Below are positions 24,441 through 38,345 of a DNA stretch of 64,000 nucleotides, piece after piece. The notes beneath the pieces were generated by a model. That model worked only from the letters and a program-made list of their open reading frames with translations, was not told where the DNA came from and did no database searches. The position numbers were made by a program, and so were the translations under genes. This stretch comes from Styela clava (taxonomy: Eukaryota). Location: positions 27,218,001-27,282,000 of the forward strand of contig NC_135250.1 of assembly GCF_964204865.1 (NCBI RefSeq), in the 5' to 3' direction. Numbering within the stretch: position 1 is the stretch's first letter; each line of letters begins with the position of its first letter.

Positions 24441-27400
24441 GAATATACCTGTTGGCAATCATGCGACAACTTGGATTAATTATATAACTTTGAATACATA
24501 TATAACAATCGCGGATCAATATCAATTTGCTTTTGTAATATGTTGAGTAATTTTAAAACGCTAAAAAAGCCAAATTAGCCCAAATAATATTGTTGAATCC
24601 TATCAACTTCATACTGCGCCTACAACTTACGCCTGAGCAATTATGTAGCTAGCCCCTTGCTCTTATCCCCGCAGTGAAATAGCAGGGATTTCGACAAGGC
24701 AGTAAATAAGAATATAATTTCTCAAGGAGAAAGAACTAGTCCTTCCTCTGCCCTTGTCGATCAAAAGTATAATTCCATATTCATCGAAAAACAATAATAA
24801 TATTCCTCAAGGTCGTCCGGGGTCTATGACGAAACAATATCAAACATAACCTCTCCTAGTTTGAATGAAGTGGGATCGTTTCAAGTCGGTCTGCTATGGT
24901 CTTCGTTTAAACTTTTAACATAAATACATTCATGAATGGCCTATGCTACTGATATATTACCTTAACGCTTAATCTACGGTATTTACAGTATCCAAAACAT
25001 ATATCGAGCCACCACATCTCGACCCTGTGGCAAATTGCTACAAAGGCTGAAATAGCTGAATGTAAGTTGATCGTTGAAACGCCGCCTTTCATAACAAAAC
25101 GAAAGATTCCGCTTTTGTTAGTAACCGATCGCGTTTCAAACAGTGTTTATTGTGACTTAAATTGGCTCCGCTATATTAGAAAGTAAGGCCGTACATGTTG
25201 GTGTCTATCTTCTTCCGATCAAAACCACTGTTAATTAGGTTGGGTTCTATTAGATTTCGCTTACTCACTGTAATAACAATTGGGCTTATGTCATGAGTCA
25301 TGACCTATGACTTGACTTACTTTATAATCATATGCTTTCAAAGGCCATACATGCTTGAAATTTACTCAAATTCTAATTTTGAAGCCCATTATGCTGAAAT
25401 CCGTATGCTTGCAACTTGTGATTGACCCGTGTCCTGAATGGTCCTTATTTTTTTTTTTTTTTGAAGATTAATAGAAACAAAAAACATAAATTAGAAAATT
25501 GGCGCTAGTGCAATAACAGAAATCGTACCAAAACTAAATTGAGTTATAGTTATGATCTATAAACATAGGGTTTTATTATTTTTTCGACCCACCTCCTTAT
25601 CAGTGAATATCAACTAATCTGCTGGAATGACTATCATGCGGTCAGGCAGTTTGAAATGTACCGATTCACAGCAGCTGAATTAGTTACAATAGGTAACTGG
25701 CAACTTTCCCCAACGAATTTCGGATTACACATATGTACAGTATATATTTTCGATCATATTTCTGCTTCTCTATTCTAAACTATTCGCCTACCTTGCTTAC
25801 CACCGAAAACTGTTAACCTAGTCACAACTGGGACACTCCATACGGATTCCACACAGGAGGTAATCATTTGACAAATATACTTCACGATCGATAGCGCTAT
25901 AATTTTGCGGCTTATCAAGTATGACACAGAAACGGTTCCGAGTAGAATTATAAGAAAGATAATAGAATTGAACATCATCGATTTTTTATGACTTTAAACC
26001 GCTGCAAACGTATCTTGTCTGTCGTCGATGTAAATTCTCAAAATCGAGAGATTATCCATTTATATTTGATCATGTATGAAGGATTGATGCACGAAGCGGC
26101 GTGGGCACTCACAATCGATGGCCATGAATAGTATCTGACTAATGATGAGTCCGGCTCTTTTCATTCATGCATGGCGCGGATATTCCTAAATGTTTTTCTT
26201 GTCATAACAACTATCAAATTTTGCCGTTGGTTTAACAACATTCTTAAACTTGGCATTTCTCGAAGACATGTGTGATCTATTATTGAAAATAATCTTTTTG
26301 CATACATCGGCAAAGTTGAAAATTTACACTTTTGAAATATCAGAACCATGTCTTTCCGCCAGAGATGAGCGGGATTTTAGTATTTGATATTAATTTTGAA
26401 CACACTCCTCAATGCACTTTGAGTTGATGGGTACAAAATATTTTATTCTTGCGTAATTTGATGCTGAAAATAATCTTTTTGCACACACCAGCATACGTGA
26501 AAATTACACTTTACACTTTCGGTACAAGTATGGTTGCGTTATACATTATGAAACAGGACTTCAGTTACGAACCAGAAGGCAAGCAAAAATACCAAATGTT
26601 TTCTCATATACATCTAATAAGATTTCGATTCCAAAATCCAAACATATCTCAATGCTGCAAGCACGTTCGCCGTCCCTATACCTACAGTTCTATACTTTCA
26701 CTCCAATCTTACAAAAATGCAGATTTATGAGACTACCCATTGAGAATCAGGCCCAGTTGTAATATTATACTCTAAGCTGACCCTATTCGTTCATCCCATA
26801 CTGCAATAAGACAATCACAGTTTGGCAGCATTGAGGCTCAAACTTCAAATAGAGAAATGACTATGATAGCTTTTTCATAAAATGTGGAAGCTAAACTCTC
26901 AAATCTTCCTTCGATAAATTTACTCTACAATTTTGCGAGTATGTAATCTCAAATACACAACGTGAAAATAGCAAGATAACTGTATATATGCTACTAATAC
27001 CTAAACTTGAACATCCACTTCATATTTGAAACTGCTAAATAAAAACGCAGCATAGCCTCCTGTTCGAAAACCTGTATTCCCGCCTTCACCGATTTAAAAA
27101 ATCAACTGTTGAATATTCGTAGTATTTGTTTACATAGAACGCCGGACATTATTCAGTTAAAAGTACGCGTTAGAACGAATGTTTACTCAGGACTCAAAAA
27201 TGTACTTTACTTCAACTCCCGTGAGTTTTTATCTATCGCATGCATGTCCGAGCTTGATTATTATATGAAGCACTCTCTAACAACATGCTTTATCAAGATA
27301 TCACAGTTGGAAATACTAAAAGTGAAAATTGAAGATTTTCTCAAAAGGGCATGTCGTTACTGACTCAATTTATTTTGCTATAACAATGGCTGTAAGCTAT

Positions 27401-27570
27401 ATATCATATAAACTGTCATTTCGCTTTTTTATTGAAAAAGCTTACGCTTGGTTTGGATATTCTTCATTGCGCAATGTACAATTATTTTGCTTGTTCGCAG
27501 TTTCTAGATAGATGAAATTTGGGGTTATATGTCCAAGTTCGTAGACATTGGATTTTACTAGACATAATTC

Positions 27571-27652
27571 GGACCTCCTGAAGTATGCGCACAACCTGAA
27601 TTCAGTTAGCCTTGTTAACCTGAATTCTGTACTAGGTTAGGGTTCAGGTTTA
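27571..27652. mobile_element. Merlin-like MITE subtype C fragment
   Basis: GGACCTCCTGAAGTATGCGCACAACCTGAA...GGTTAGGGTTCAGG; similar to 46908-47023. Confidence 0.6.
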
Positions 27653-29440
27653 ATGAAATATCCTTTCACATTCTCTTAAATTCCTCAAAAAATACTCATT
27701 CCACATATTAAAATATACCATATATATTAGCCTACATATTTAGGGCTTATTCCTCGTTAAATCCATTTGTGCTGGAAATTTACATTAAACATTAAAAACA
27801 AAAAAAATTAACGAAATCATGATTGCTTTAACCTAGAACGTAATACGGTTTAAGATGAGATCAAATTGCGCTATGTTGATTTTAACTTTATTACGCTATT
27901 CCATTCCATATTCAGGATATACTGATCGATATATTTCCTACAGCATGTATACCTTCCCTCTAATAAAATAAAGCTTTCCTGGCGATACCTCTTCGAAGGC
28001 GTCCACACCGGTACGCGGGAAAGTTGATATTCTTCATTGTTTACGGTTATAGAATCCGATTGTTCTCAAAATTATTATTGTTTCCTTTTGTTTTACAACA
28101 CACTAGAGAGCCGGCAGGAGCCAATTATTATTTATTCACGTCCAGCAAGCCATAAATTTTATCTTTTCATCGGCGTAACTTTTTAACAAAAAGTAAGTTA
28201 ATGAGCAGAGGTGCCCTCAATTTTTCCGCGTCGCAGCGGGCTGTCTATTATAGTGGCGCACGCTTCCTTGTTGATTATGACGCAAACAATGTAATAATAA
28301 ATTTGAACAAAACTTATTAACATGTATGACCCCATATGTGATATTTAGCGAATTTTATTTCAAACAAATACAATTGAGTTACGACAAGGACTATTAAAAA
28401 CAAACAATAGCACCAAAGCATTGCTAGCATCCACTTATTGCTAATAAATTACACCACAAAATTATACTATCTACCAGGGGCCGGATTTATAACTCCAATT
28501 TTGGCAAAGTTTTATTTCCTGTTTTTACAAGGCACTTATACACTTATTCTCCGACCAAGTAAAAACAGCTACTCAATATCCATGAGGTACTCCCATTTTT
28601 GAAAGGATTGGAAGGTTTTCCAGTTCGATTTTGCCTACGCAAATTATTAATTAAACACTTTGTAAAGTGGTGGGCATAGATGTCGAACCTGAGATGTGTA
28701 ACCTGCGATGCTAAGAAAGTTAAGTTTTGCAGAATAGCTTTTCTTTTCTCGAATTGCGTGGGCAGGGATACTATTAATTAACCCCCCTGAATTCCACTGA
28801 CAGATAATAAATAGTCCTTATTCGGTCTTGAACAGATCAAATGACATAACCAGAGCGTAGGAGTGATTTGTCACCATTTCCCCATGCTAACCGAATGTTG
28901 TTTAAATAATACAAATCGGATACAGTGATGTGAGTTTCTGAATTTGCAATCTGATTGATTCGAAGCAATTTTGAAATTACGCCGTGATTCTGATTCAAAA
29001 AGTATGATGGCAAATTGAGATGACGTGCGTCAAACGAGACAAGTGAAGACTCGCTCTCTCATAACTATATTTGCTGGCAAATGGATCAATTCTGTCGCCA
29101 TGATGTGGTTAGAATTGAGTTTGGTATTTAGAGGGTATCTTTGAGAGTAATCATTGCTTTTGAAGAAGATATTTTTGAATAGATGGATTGAAAATTTTAA
29201 AAGCAATACTTTAATCTCTGTAGAGACTCTCTCTTTATAAATAGTGCGGCGATCGGATGTATTCGATTCGGGCCGTTCCGATTCAAAAAAAATATTGAAA
29301 ACTTAAATCTCGATTTCACTGGTGCAATCAAATTTTGATGCCATAAATTCGAAATTGATTGGTAAGTTTTCTGTATATTAAAATTGTAGACATGCTGAAC
29401 ATTCTCATCTCCGAATATATAATAAATTGCTATTTAAGAA

Positions 29441-29592
29441 GGTATTCCCGAAGTATGTGAACCAATATGGCAAACACCAAAACGTAGTATGTGTACCAGG
29501 GCAGGGTTAGGTCATAACTTCAGGTACAAATACTGAGTGAGTCCCTTGGCTAGTCCCCGAACTCGTAATAAGGAAAATTGGAATAAAATTAC
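29441..29592. mobile_element. Merlin-like MITE subtype A, truncated
   Basis: Collinear with 59269-59420. Confidence 0.75.
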
Positions 29593-31834
29593 GTGGTATC
29601 AGAGCATTATCTTGATCGTTATAAGATGAAATTGTTTTTTCACAGCTATATTCTATGATTTTTGCTTTACTCTTTCGCTCTAAAACAAGGACACGGAAGT
29701 CAAAACAAAGTAGTACCGGTATGCAATATGTCACAGCGGATTACCGATACCGCAATCTTCACTACTAAAGTGGACGCCGAACCGCCACAAGGTGCGAGGT
29801 CTTTGATGACGTCATCACACAAATCCCATAGAAATTTTAGAAATAAATAAAAGCATATGCCCTCTAGCGAAAAATTCAATCTTCAACAACTGGGAATGTT
29901 AAAGCAATTAGTCCAGTAGTTATTGAGAAAATCGAATTATTCCCAACGATAAGTAAAATAATGCCAATTTCGTGTCCAAGAATTCAATACAGCAAGGTTC
30001 ATCTTCTCTGTACTACGATATTGTATTCCTATGATCCTACATTACCTTGTGCAAATTTCTATGCTGAACAAGACGAAATTTACTAGCAGAAAGTTTGCTT
30101 ATTAAGAGTCTTGTTGTTCGGGAAGGAGTTGTAAAACACTTATTAAAAGTCTTCACTTTAACACAGAAAAATTTGGGGATCCATGAGCTTCCATAACAAG
30201 AGGACGGGCTTAGGCCACTGCAACCTATGCACCTGTAGTACGCCCTGAGTGGGATTCGCAGTAATTTTTTAGATGCAAATTATCAAATTAAACCTTTGTA
30301 AATTATAATTGTGTACAAGTCTGCGTGTTTATTCAATACGCGTTAGATTTTTAATTTAGTTCTTGGTTAAAAGGTACTAAATTATTATGACAAGTAATTA
30401 CAAATTCTTAATTTTGTGTTGTTATCATTATATCTACCCAGCGTTGGTGGAGCGCAACACTTTTGTCGTGGGGCTCCGCTATAGTTAAAGCTGACTCTGG
30501 ATAGACTGCGGGGTAACAAATCTTCTTCATACAAACGAACCTTCTTTCTCAGTTGAAAATTATTTAAGGTGTCATGGAATCCAAGTTCAATGGAAACGTT
30601 GACATTGTTTTTCAATATATATCTCGTATGCATATGTAAGAAGATTTGGACAGAGCATACTGTTAGAGCAGCGTTTCCAAAACTTTTTTGGCCACGGAAC
30701 ATTTACACTTTTTATTTGCTTCGAGGAACATCCAAAAAATGAAAGTGTAAAATTGATAAATAAAATTGTTGTAACGCAGCGGTTCCCGAAGGGTGTTGCC
30801 AAATGCGCCACGAAAACTAACAGAATTGTGTTAAACGTAACGAAAATATGATTGAAAATTTTACATATTGCCTTCAACATAAATGTTTTGTTGTTTCTTA
30901 ATTTGAATGCTGTGTATATGAATCAACAAATTCATTTTACCTTTCTATGTCGTTTACTTTCCATTACGTAGTGTTTGCTTCTTATGTTACGTCTAATGGA
31001 GAAAGACGTACTTGCTGCAATGTCGCGAGCTGCAGTATATTTATCTGCTGAATCAAGTTTAGCGAACATGAGTAATTTTTTCAGCATTTCAAAGTAAACC
31101 CAGGCAGAAATGGCGGAAGAAGAGTTGACCATTTGCCTTTGTTCTTTAGACCTGCATGTTGCCTATAGAAAAACTAAACTTGATAATGAACTTAACAGTC
31201 AAAAAGCTAGGCCGATGGTTAACGAAAATGCCACTACCCTTCCTCAGTTAGTCCGCTTTAGGTTGACGGGGACGCGATATTGGACGGTTAGTTGGGTGAC
31301 AACTTCACGATCCCTAGATAGCCATGGCGACCCATTTAGACGTAACTTTGATTTATTTTCCACGGAACACTCGGGAGACGATTGAGAAACGCTGTGTTAG
31401 AGCATGCTCCGAATTGACAGTGGCGAATTATTCACAAGGGTTCACAACTCTTAGTCGAATCAAAATGGATGAGATTGAAAACGTTGAAGGTGATTACAAG
31501 AAACTTAACGAACTCAAATATATATATCAGTATGGGTTACGCGAGACCAAACTGTTTTTACTTTATAAATTCGCGTTAGTGGATACGTATTATATGCGTA
31601 CAATGTAATGACGCTATAGCGGGGATAAATATGACTATTCTATGTAATAATTCAAGAGTCACAATTCACACAAACGTCACAATAACAAATGTATTTTTGA
31701 GATGTTTCGTCTGATCAAAGTCAAGTTTCCTCAGACAAGCGCTTTAAAACAAGCATAAGCGTAATATCATACGCGAGGGGTTTTCTGAACTGCTCGTTGC
31801 CGCAGGCGATCGTTCTAATATTTTCTCAACGGTT

Positions 31835-32830
31835 TATACCACTTGTACTATTTCTACCACTTGAACTACTCATAACTCTATTCAGCGTGTAGCACTTGTC
31901 GATAATTAGTGCGAACTCGTTTTCGTCATCAGTCTCAGTCGTGTGACAGGGTACAGTCAGAGCTGTTGTCGGTATGATTGGGTTATTGCGTAAAATTTGA
32001 TTTAATAACTACCTATGCCATGTGGATATATATTGGTAGTATTTATCGAGCAGTGGTCAAATTGATAAGTAGTAAGGATTTATATGCTTCCAAAATGTTC
32101 AGAAATGTCGCTAGATGGATGGCAATCATTTCAGTTCGATGTCTTTTGAAGCAAGCGAGCTTATCCTGAAATGTAAACACGGGGAAATCATCAACTCAGA
32201 CAAGAATCGTCCTAATTAGAGCCCAATTACTGGAAAAGAGCTGACATGGTTTCCAAATCAGCTCAATAGGCAAAACAGATTTTGATTTGGATCCCGAGAA
32301 GCATGCTAACAATAAATAAATTACCTAATTTCCATACATGCTTTGTTTATGATGATGAATTTCGCAAGCAAATACCAGTGATGCCTCCCAAAACTTTTGA
32401 CTGTTACCAGTTTCGGAATTACTTTAGCATTGCATTTGTAATCATTAACATCCACCTCAATTCATTCCGTATGCGGCTGTTGTGGTGTAGGATGCTATAG
32501 CCGGAGTTTATACATCTTCAATTTTTCCCCCGTGTGGCGCAGTGGCATCATGTGCAAGGGGATTGCTAAAGTGCTTTTCTCAGACACTTACACTTGTACT
32601 ATTTATATCACTTGAGCTGCTCGTATCATTTATTCAACGTGTACCACTTGAACGACATGTCGGTACTAAGTGTGGACTTTTAGTTTAGTTTTTGCTGATC
32701 TGTGGTATTCTATCATTTACCTTGGAACACTAAGAGTGGTAATCCGTATTATTGAGTTCAGTGGTGCATTTGAATCGGCAAGTAGTGAGTTATATGTTTC
32801 CAAAATGTTTTCAAATAATGGAAATTCGGA
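31835..32830. repeat. Degenerate tandem duplication (~750-bp offset) rich in CACTTG
   Basis: 'cacttgtactattt...cacttga.ct.ctc.ta...tattca.cgtgta.cacttg' near 31840 and 32590; 'agtagt...ttatatg.ttccaaaatgtt' near 32068 and 32781. Confidence 0.65.
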
Positions 32831-33972
32831 AATCCTGATAAATAAAAGACATTTCTTAGGCTGAAATTAGCTGCCAATATTGTTTGAAGGTTGTTGATAG
32901 GGCCCTAGACCAGTTTCACACGCCAACTTGCGAAAAGAACCTCTCAAAATGAGCATCGAATTTTTCCCCCAGGGTTAAAGGTCGAGTATACACTCACGCT
33001 ACAAGCGTTTGAATATCATATTCCTGTACCGGTATTCGGTGGAATGCTTTTGTTTGCTAGGGCTAGCGACATGCCATGAATGTACCTCGTTTACCTGTTT
33101 ACAGTTAACTTGTTTTGTATAAATGCAGCAGGCAGGCATTGCTGCAAATAACAGAATAATGCTGCATGTCAATTACAGAATTGTGAGCATGTGGTAGTGC
33201 ACTACCGGTATTTGTAGGCGTAACTAGTCCAGTAGAGTGTTCAGACGCTTTTTTTTGTATTGATCGCCGCCTTATTCTTTATTTGCATACGTGCTTATAG
33301 TCTATCTGAATAATCAGGTATTACATTGTTGTTTTTTGCTATTTTTTCAAATTTATTCTCCTAAATACTGAAATAATTCTTGCTTTCTTATTGATACATT
33401 CATGCGATTGGTGTGTGTGTAATGAGTTGAGAAATTTGACTTAGTTGAATAGATACAAGCCACACACATACCGGTACTGCTGCTGTGACTACCCAACCAA
33501 CAAAATAACACCAAACAAAAATGTGATCTGAAATTTTAATGTAAGTAAGAAAAGTCTGTATGACGCAGATAGAAACACATGTTCAGTTCGAATCAAACCA
33601 ACTCAATTTTTAACTAAGCAGGTACCGGTAAGCTATGTCTCATGCTGCTTTAAACATTTGGGTTGTAACATTTGGGTTGTATTTTTACATCACATTTTTG
33701 TTTGGCATTGGTTAAGCAGTTACGGTACGCTGTTGACTTTACGAGACCCCAGGACTTTATATACGGTAACACCCTGTATATTTCATTTGACTCTCAAAAC
33801 TGTAAAAATGGAATAAACTTATACTTTTTATTGTTTTATACCATATTAATTTGAACATGTAATAAAAACAACTCACCATCATCAAATATGGGATTTACTG
33901 TACTATCTGTTGGATTTAAAATTACTTGTTATATATCTATATGTACAGCTAATACGTAAAGCTTTAGCAAAA

Positions 33973-36900
33973 ATGGATCTGAATAAATTCAATGGTAATG
34001 AAGTTTTGCCATCATCGCCTACAGACAGCATTTATCTGGGAGCGGAGTTCGATAGCTTTGATGATTTCGAAGTTGCTTTCAAACAGTGGTGCTTTATGAA
34101 GGATTCTAAATATTCTATTCAGCATAGCCAAACGATTACGGACATTAATAGCAGACGCATAAAACGTGACGTGCCGTTATACGACTCGAAGTTTCGATAT
34201 AAAACTGCTCGGTATGTTTGTGTTTGTAGCGGTTCACCGAGAACAAAATTTCGAATAGGAGACGGAAAAACGATAAGAAGGTGACTTAATTTTACTAGTT
34301 TTACTTTTTTTTTTTCATCATTGCCCACTCAATATGATTTCATGCAGTAAATAGTTGATCTCTAATATATGGTGCATCGAGCTAAGCATTAGGAATACGC
34401 TTGCCGCCACACCTCTGCTTACCCTGTGTGGGTTCGAATCTAATACAGGGTTAATCAAGTGCCAGAGGGTTGCTGGACTCCTCGCCGTTGTAGAGTGGTT
34501 CACTACGGCACCTCCACCATCAAGTCCATGCATCTGAAAACAAATAACTGGCTAACTAATCCCATATCCGGCATGAACTGATAAGCCGTCTTATCGACTT
34601 TTCTCTTCCCCTCGGGATTAATCCTATCCTATGTGTATTGTAGTTGAACTTGGTTTTCTGACCCTAAACAATCATGTCTAATGAAGGTTTACTGTATAAG
34701 TTAGCCATGAATGAGAAATGCAAGTTTCACATTTCCTAAGTAAATTTTTGTATATAAATTAAAATAAACTAGACTAACCTGAACTAGAAATCAAGAGGTT
34801 TCACCTAGAAAGTTGGTCATATGTGGATTAGAGCATAAAAATCTCAATATTTGATTATATTTCAGATCAGCAAAGCAGGGATGTCCTTCATTTTTGACAA
34901 TAACTGTTGACAAATGTCGAATGGATAAACTTGTTGTTATTAAATTGAACAGAACCCATAATCACCGTGGACTCAGTGATGTGTAAGTTTGAGATTTTTT
35001 ACTTTCAAGTAGTAAATTAGCAAATCAACTGATGAAGATTGAGGTCTGAGGTTCTGTATTGTTTTTCTTTGGCCCTTTAAAAGGAGGGTAATGTACATAT
35101 ATAAGAGGTTTCTAATCTCAATAAACTCAGGACGCAATCGCTATTAATAATACGAGTCAGGAAGCACGGCACAGATTTTATTTTAGAGATTTACATTTCA
35201 TGAACATCTAACCGATGCTACTTGGGTGAAACAGTATGCAATCTATAAGGTACAAAAAATACATTGAATTCTATATCATGTGTTCACATTTATTTTCTTT
35301 TTTTTTCAGGAAATATTCTCTTGATGGAGTCCTTAGCATGAATAGTTTTAACAGATCATTTGATTCAAATATTGACCCATCTTTGACTCTTGGATCAGAA
35401 AAGAATATTCCATCGGTATGTATTCAGGGAAGCGATGTCTCGTAATTTTGTGTCCCACTTGCCAAGTTTGGACCACAGTAGATAAGTGGGGGCGTGGGGC
35501 GCATATGGGACAAGTGTGTAAAAATTCAAGTGTCGGAGGAGTGAGACAAGTGTTACAAGTGGAAAGTGACATTTTGAGACATCGTCCGAAAGGGCTTTTG
35601 GTGGATGATTCATTTGGTTTTTCTCTCAGAACAAGCAAGGTTTCTGAAATCATTGAAATAACAGTCTGTTTGGTATAAAAGAATAGTAATTAGACATGGC
35701 CAACAATTACAATCTGAATGGGGCCAGCATAGGCTGACCTTTGAAGATGAGAATACTACATGCTTGGGTCAATGGGCGAACCTAAATTCTTTACCAAAAT
35801 TTGTTTAATGCCAACGTTGTCAAATTCTAGTTTGTATGAAATATAATTCAAGTACAAAAGGATGGAATATTTCCTCAAGACGTAAGATTCTCATATGAAT
35901 ACTCATGTAATTTAAACACACATATAATCGGATGGAATTTTCATATTCATTCACAATTTATCTTGAGAGAAAAGGAAATCTGATCATAGGGATAAATCAG
36001 GGGTGTGTACTGTGTAACATTTTTTGTTGGTGGGCAGGGCCGTATAACCCATTTCATACATCTATCTGGGCCATGCAAAAAAATTACTGTAGGATTTTTT
36101 CATATACACAACTATTTGAAAAATTCTCACAATGCAAAATTTTATATATTTAACATTATCGAGACAGATTAGAGTTCGTGTTACCATTTAGTTGAAAGAA
36201 GTTAGAATTTTATATTTCATGAAGAAAAGTCAGAGTTCTGACAAGGGCCGCACGAAATGTTTTTTTGTGTGTCCCAGTCAAATGTCTGAAGTCAGCTATA
36301 TACCTAACAAAAATGTTGTACATTTCTGTATTATATTAATCAATTTTGGCCATCTCTGATGGACAGTAGCTGTGACTAGTTTTTGTTTTTTATTTAGATC
36401 AAAGAGGAAAGTGATGTAGTCTTCGGAGCATATTCTACGTCATCATCTGAAGATGCTTTTCACCCCAGAGAAGAAATAACACAACAAAATGAAGTTTTTA
36501 ACACTGGTTCAAGTACACCATATAGTAATAATAATCCCGATATAACTTCCCAATTGAGAATAGACAAGGTGGCTCATGGAAAACAAATTTTTGAACGAGA
36601 GTCTGAAGAGTTGATTCATTCTTTGAAAAGAAAATATCCAGAAATAAATGACACTGATTTGAATTCTAATTGGACAAGGGGAACACTAGAAACGAACGTG
36701 AATCAAGCTCTTAAGCTTGTAGAAGGTAAGGTGAACATTTTTGAAATCGACTCATTTTCTCATAGGGTGCTAGAATGTTATGTAATAAATTGCAATTTCT
36801 TCTTGTTTACTTCCTACTTCGATTCGGTTGCCACAAGGATGCTTGAATAAGATAGTATTATAAAGATCAATAAGAATAACTCAATCTTTTTCCACAAAAT

Positions 36901-37911
36901 AGCAAGTCGTTGTTGGTTGTCCATCAGTCGCCCATAGTGGTCTACAAATTAAAGTTTGATTAAGTAATGCAAATGCATTGTCTGAAATGCAATGGTTGTC
37001 AAAGTTATTATAACGAGTCTGGATTTGATAGGTGATCACAAAAGGAAGAACCTAGATCATTAGGTTCTTATTCTAGCTGGTTCTCAACCAGTGGGCCATG
37101 GCCCCCACTGCTGGGCCACAGGAACATTTTCAAGTGGGCCACAGACCTATTAAAAATTGCTTAGATTTGTCGATAAAGTTAGTTGAATTTGATGGTAGTA
37201 GCAATAGATGATGCAGTTTTTTGTTACAGAGCGGTGATTTTCACTTAATTATTATTAAACTGAAAGTGTCTATTTTCGCAGAATGAATTCTATGTTTTTC
37301 TTGAAGTTTTTCCCTCGCAAGAAAATATTAGTGGGCCACAGAATTTTTGTGCAACGAAAATGGGCCACGAAAAAAAAAGGTTGAGAACCACTAAGTAAAT
37401 ACAATATTACATTTGTGCAAAGCCTCCTAAATTACTGAAACTTCTGGGTACAACGAACAATCATACACAAATTCTACTGAATTAATTGAGAAATTTATGG
37501 ATTTTGTTTTTTTCTTTATTTGGTGAGGGAAGCCGTTCGATGCATTTAGCTACCTAATAAAGGACCTGAAATCTTGTTAACTTATAATTTAATGACTAAA
37601 AACGGCCGCATGTGCTGTTCAAATTTCATAAAATACAAATATAAAGTATTACATACAATTGTATAATAATTACGGTAATTCATTATTACAATATGTCAAA
37701 CACACAGCGTTCATTTTTGTGTTTCACAGATCAACCAAAACAAGATGAGGAAGATTTATTTTGCCGAGGTCTCGCAATGAAACTCAGAACTCTTGATCCG
37801 CTTAAAAGATCACAAATCAAACTTCAAATTCAAATGTTGCTTCATAACATACAGTTTTCAGAATGCCCAGTTTCGTTTGACAACGGAATTAATTTTGGGC
37901 TTAATTCTTGA
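33973..37911 (+). CDS. FAR1/ZSWIM3-N-like (WRKY-GCM1, MULE-derived) zinc-finger protein with C-terminal BESS motif (346 aa, 5 exons)
   Basis: Exons 33973-34280, 34866-34982, 35310-35415, 36398-36725, 37730-37911; GT-AG, phases consistent, 1041 nt. N-terminus: LGAEFDSFDDFEVAF...YVCVCSG...KQGCPSFLTI...LVVIKLNRTHNH. C-terminus: DEEDLFCRGLAMKLRTLDPLKRSQIKLQIQMLLHNIQF. Confidence 0.8.
34371..34632 (+). mobile_element. tRNA-derived SINE (internally deleted copy)
   Basis: GCTAAGCATTAGGAATACGC...GGTTCGAATC...ATCCTATCCTAT tail; homologous to 41057-41403. Confidence 0.8.
37074..37393. mobile_element. hAT (Charlie-like) MITE
   Basis: TGGTTCTCAACC...GGTTGAGAACCACT TIRs; repeated GGGCCAC subterminal motifs. 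Confidence 0.7.
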
Positions 37912-38084
37912 TCTTGCTTGGTTGCTGCTCAGAAAAAAACTTGCCCACTGTACAAGGATGTCATATTGGGCATTGACCATGAAATATTTGAAATCTCAGA
38001 CTACTTAGTAGATCTTGTATTCGAGTGTGTGTAGCATGGCTTAGTTAGTAGCAGGGTGACCAAAACAAACATTTTATTAGTTTT

Positions 38085-38345
38085 TAAAATTAGTTATATT
38101 TGATATATTAAATCCCTATCTTTGAGAATATTTTAAAATCTAATTTCATTCTACTATTTTAAACTGTTGATACTTGGACCAATAGTAGTCATTTTTTGGT
38201 AACACTGGAAAAGTGTGTATCAAAAATTGGTTATATTCGATATAGCAAGTCTTTGATTTTAGTGATAGTTTGGAATATTTCAATACTAAATTTTGTTATT
38301 TTAACTATTGATACCTAATAACCAGAGACCAATAGTAGAATTTAT
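38085..38345. repeat. Local tandem duplication (~137-bp period) in 3' region
   Basis: 'aaaatt.gttatatt.gatata' and 'act.ttgatac.t...gaccaatagtag' each occur twice. Confidence 0.6.

Noticed and set aside
30385-31151. Minus-strand ORFs 30385-30702 and 30932-31132 as a separate gene
   Set aside because: Some splice-like signals exist, but there is no recognisable domain and no phase-consistent chain; left unannotated.
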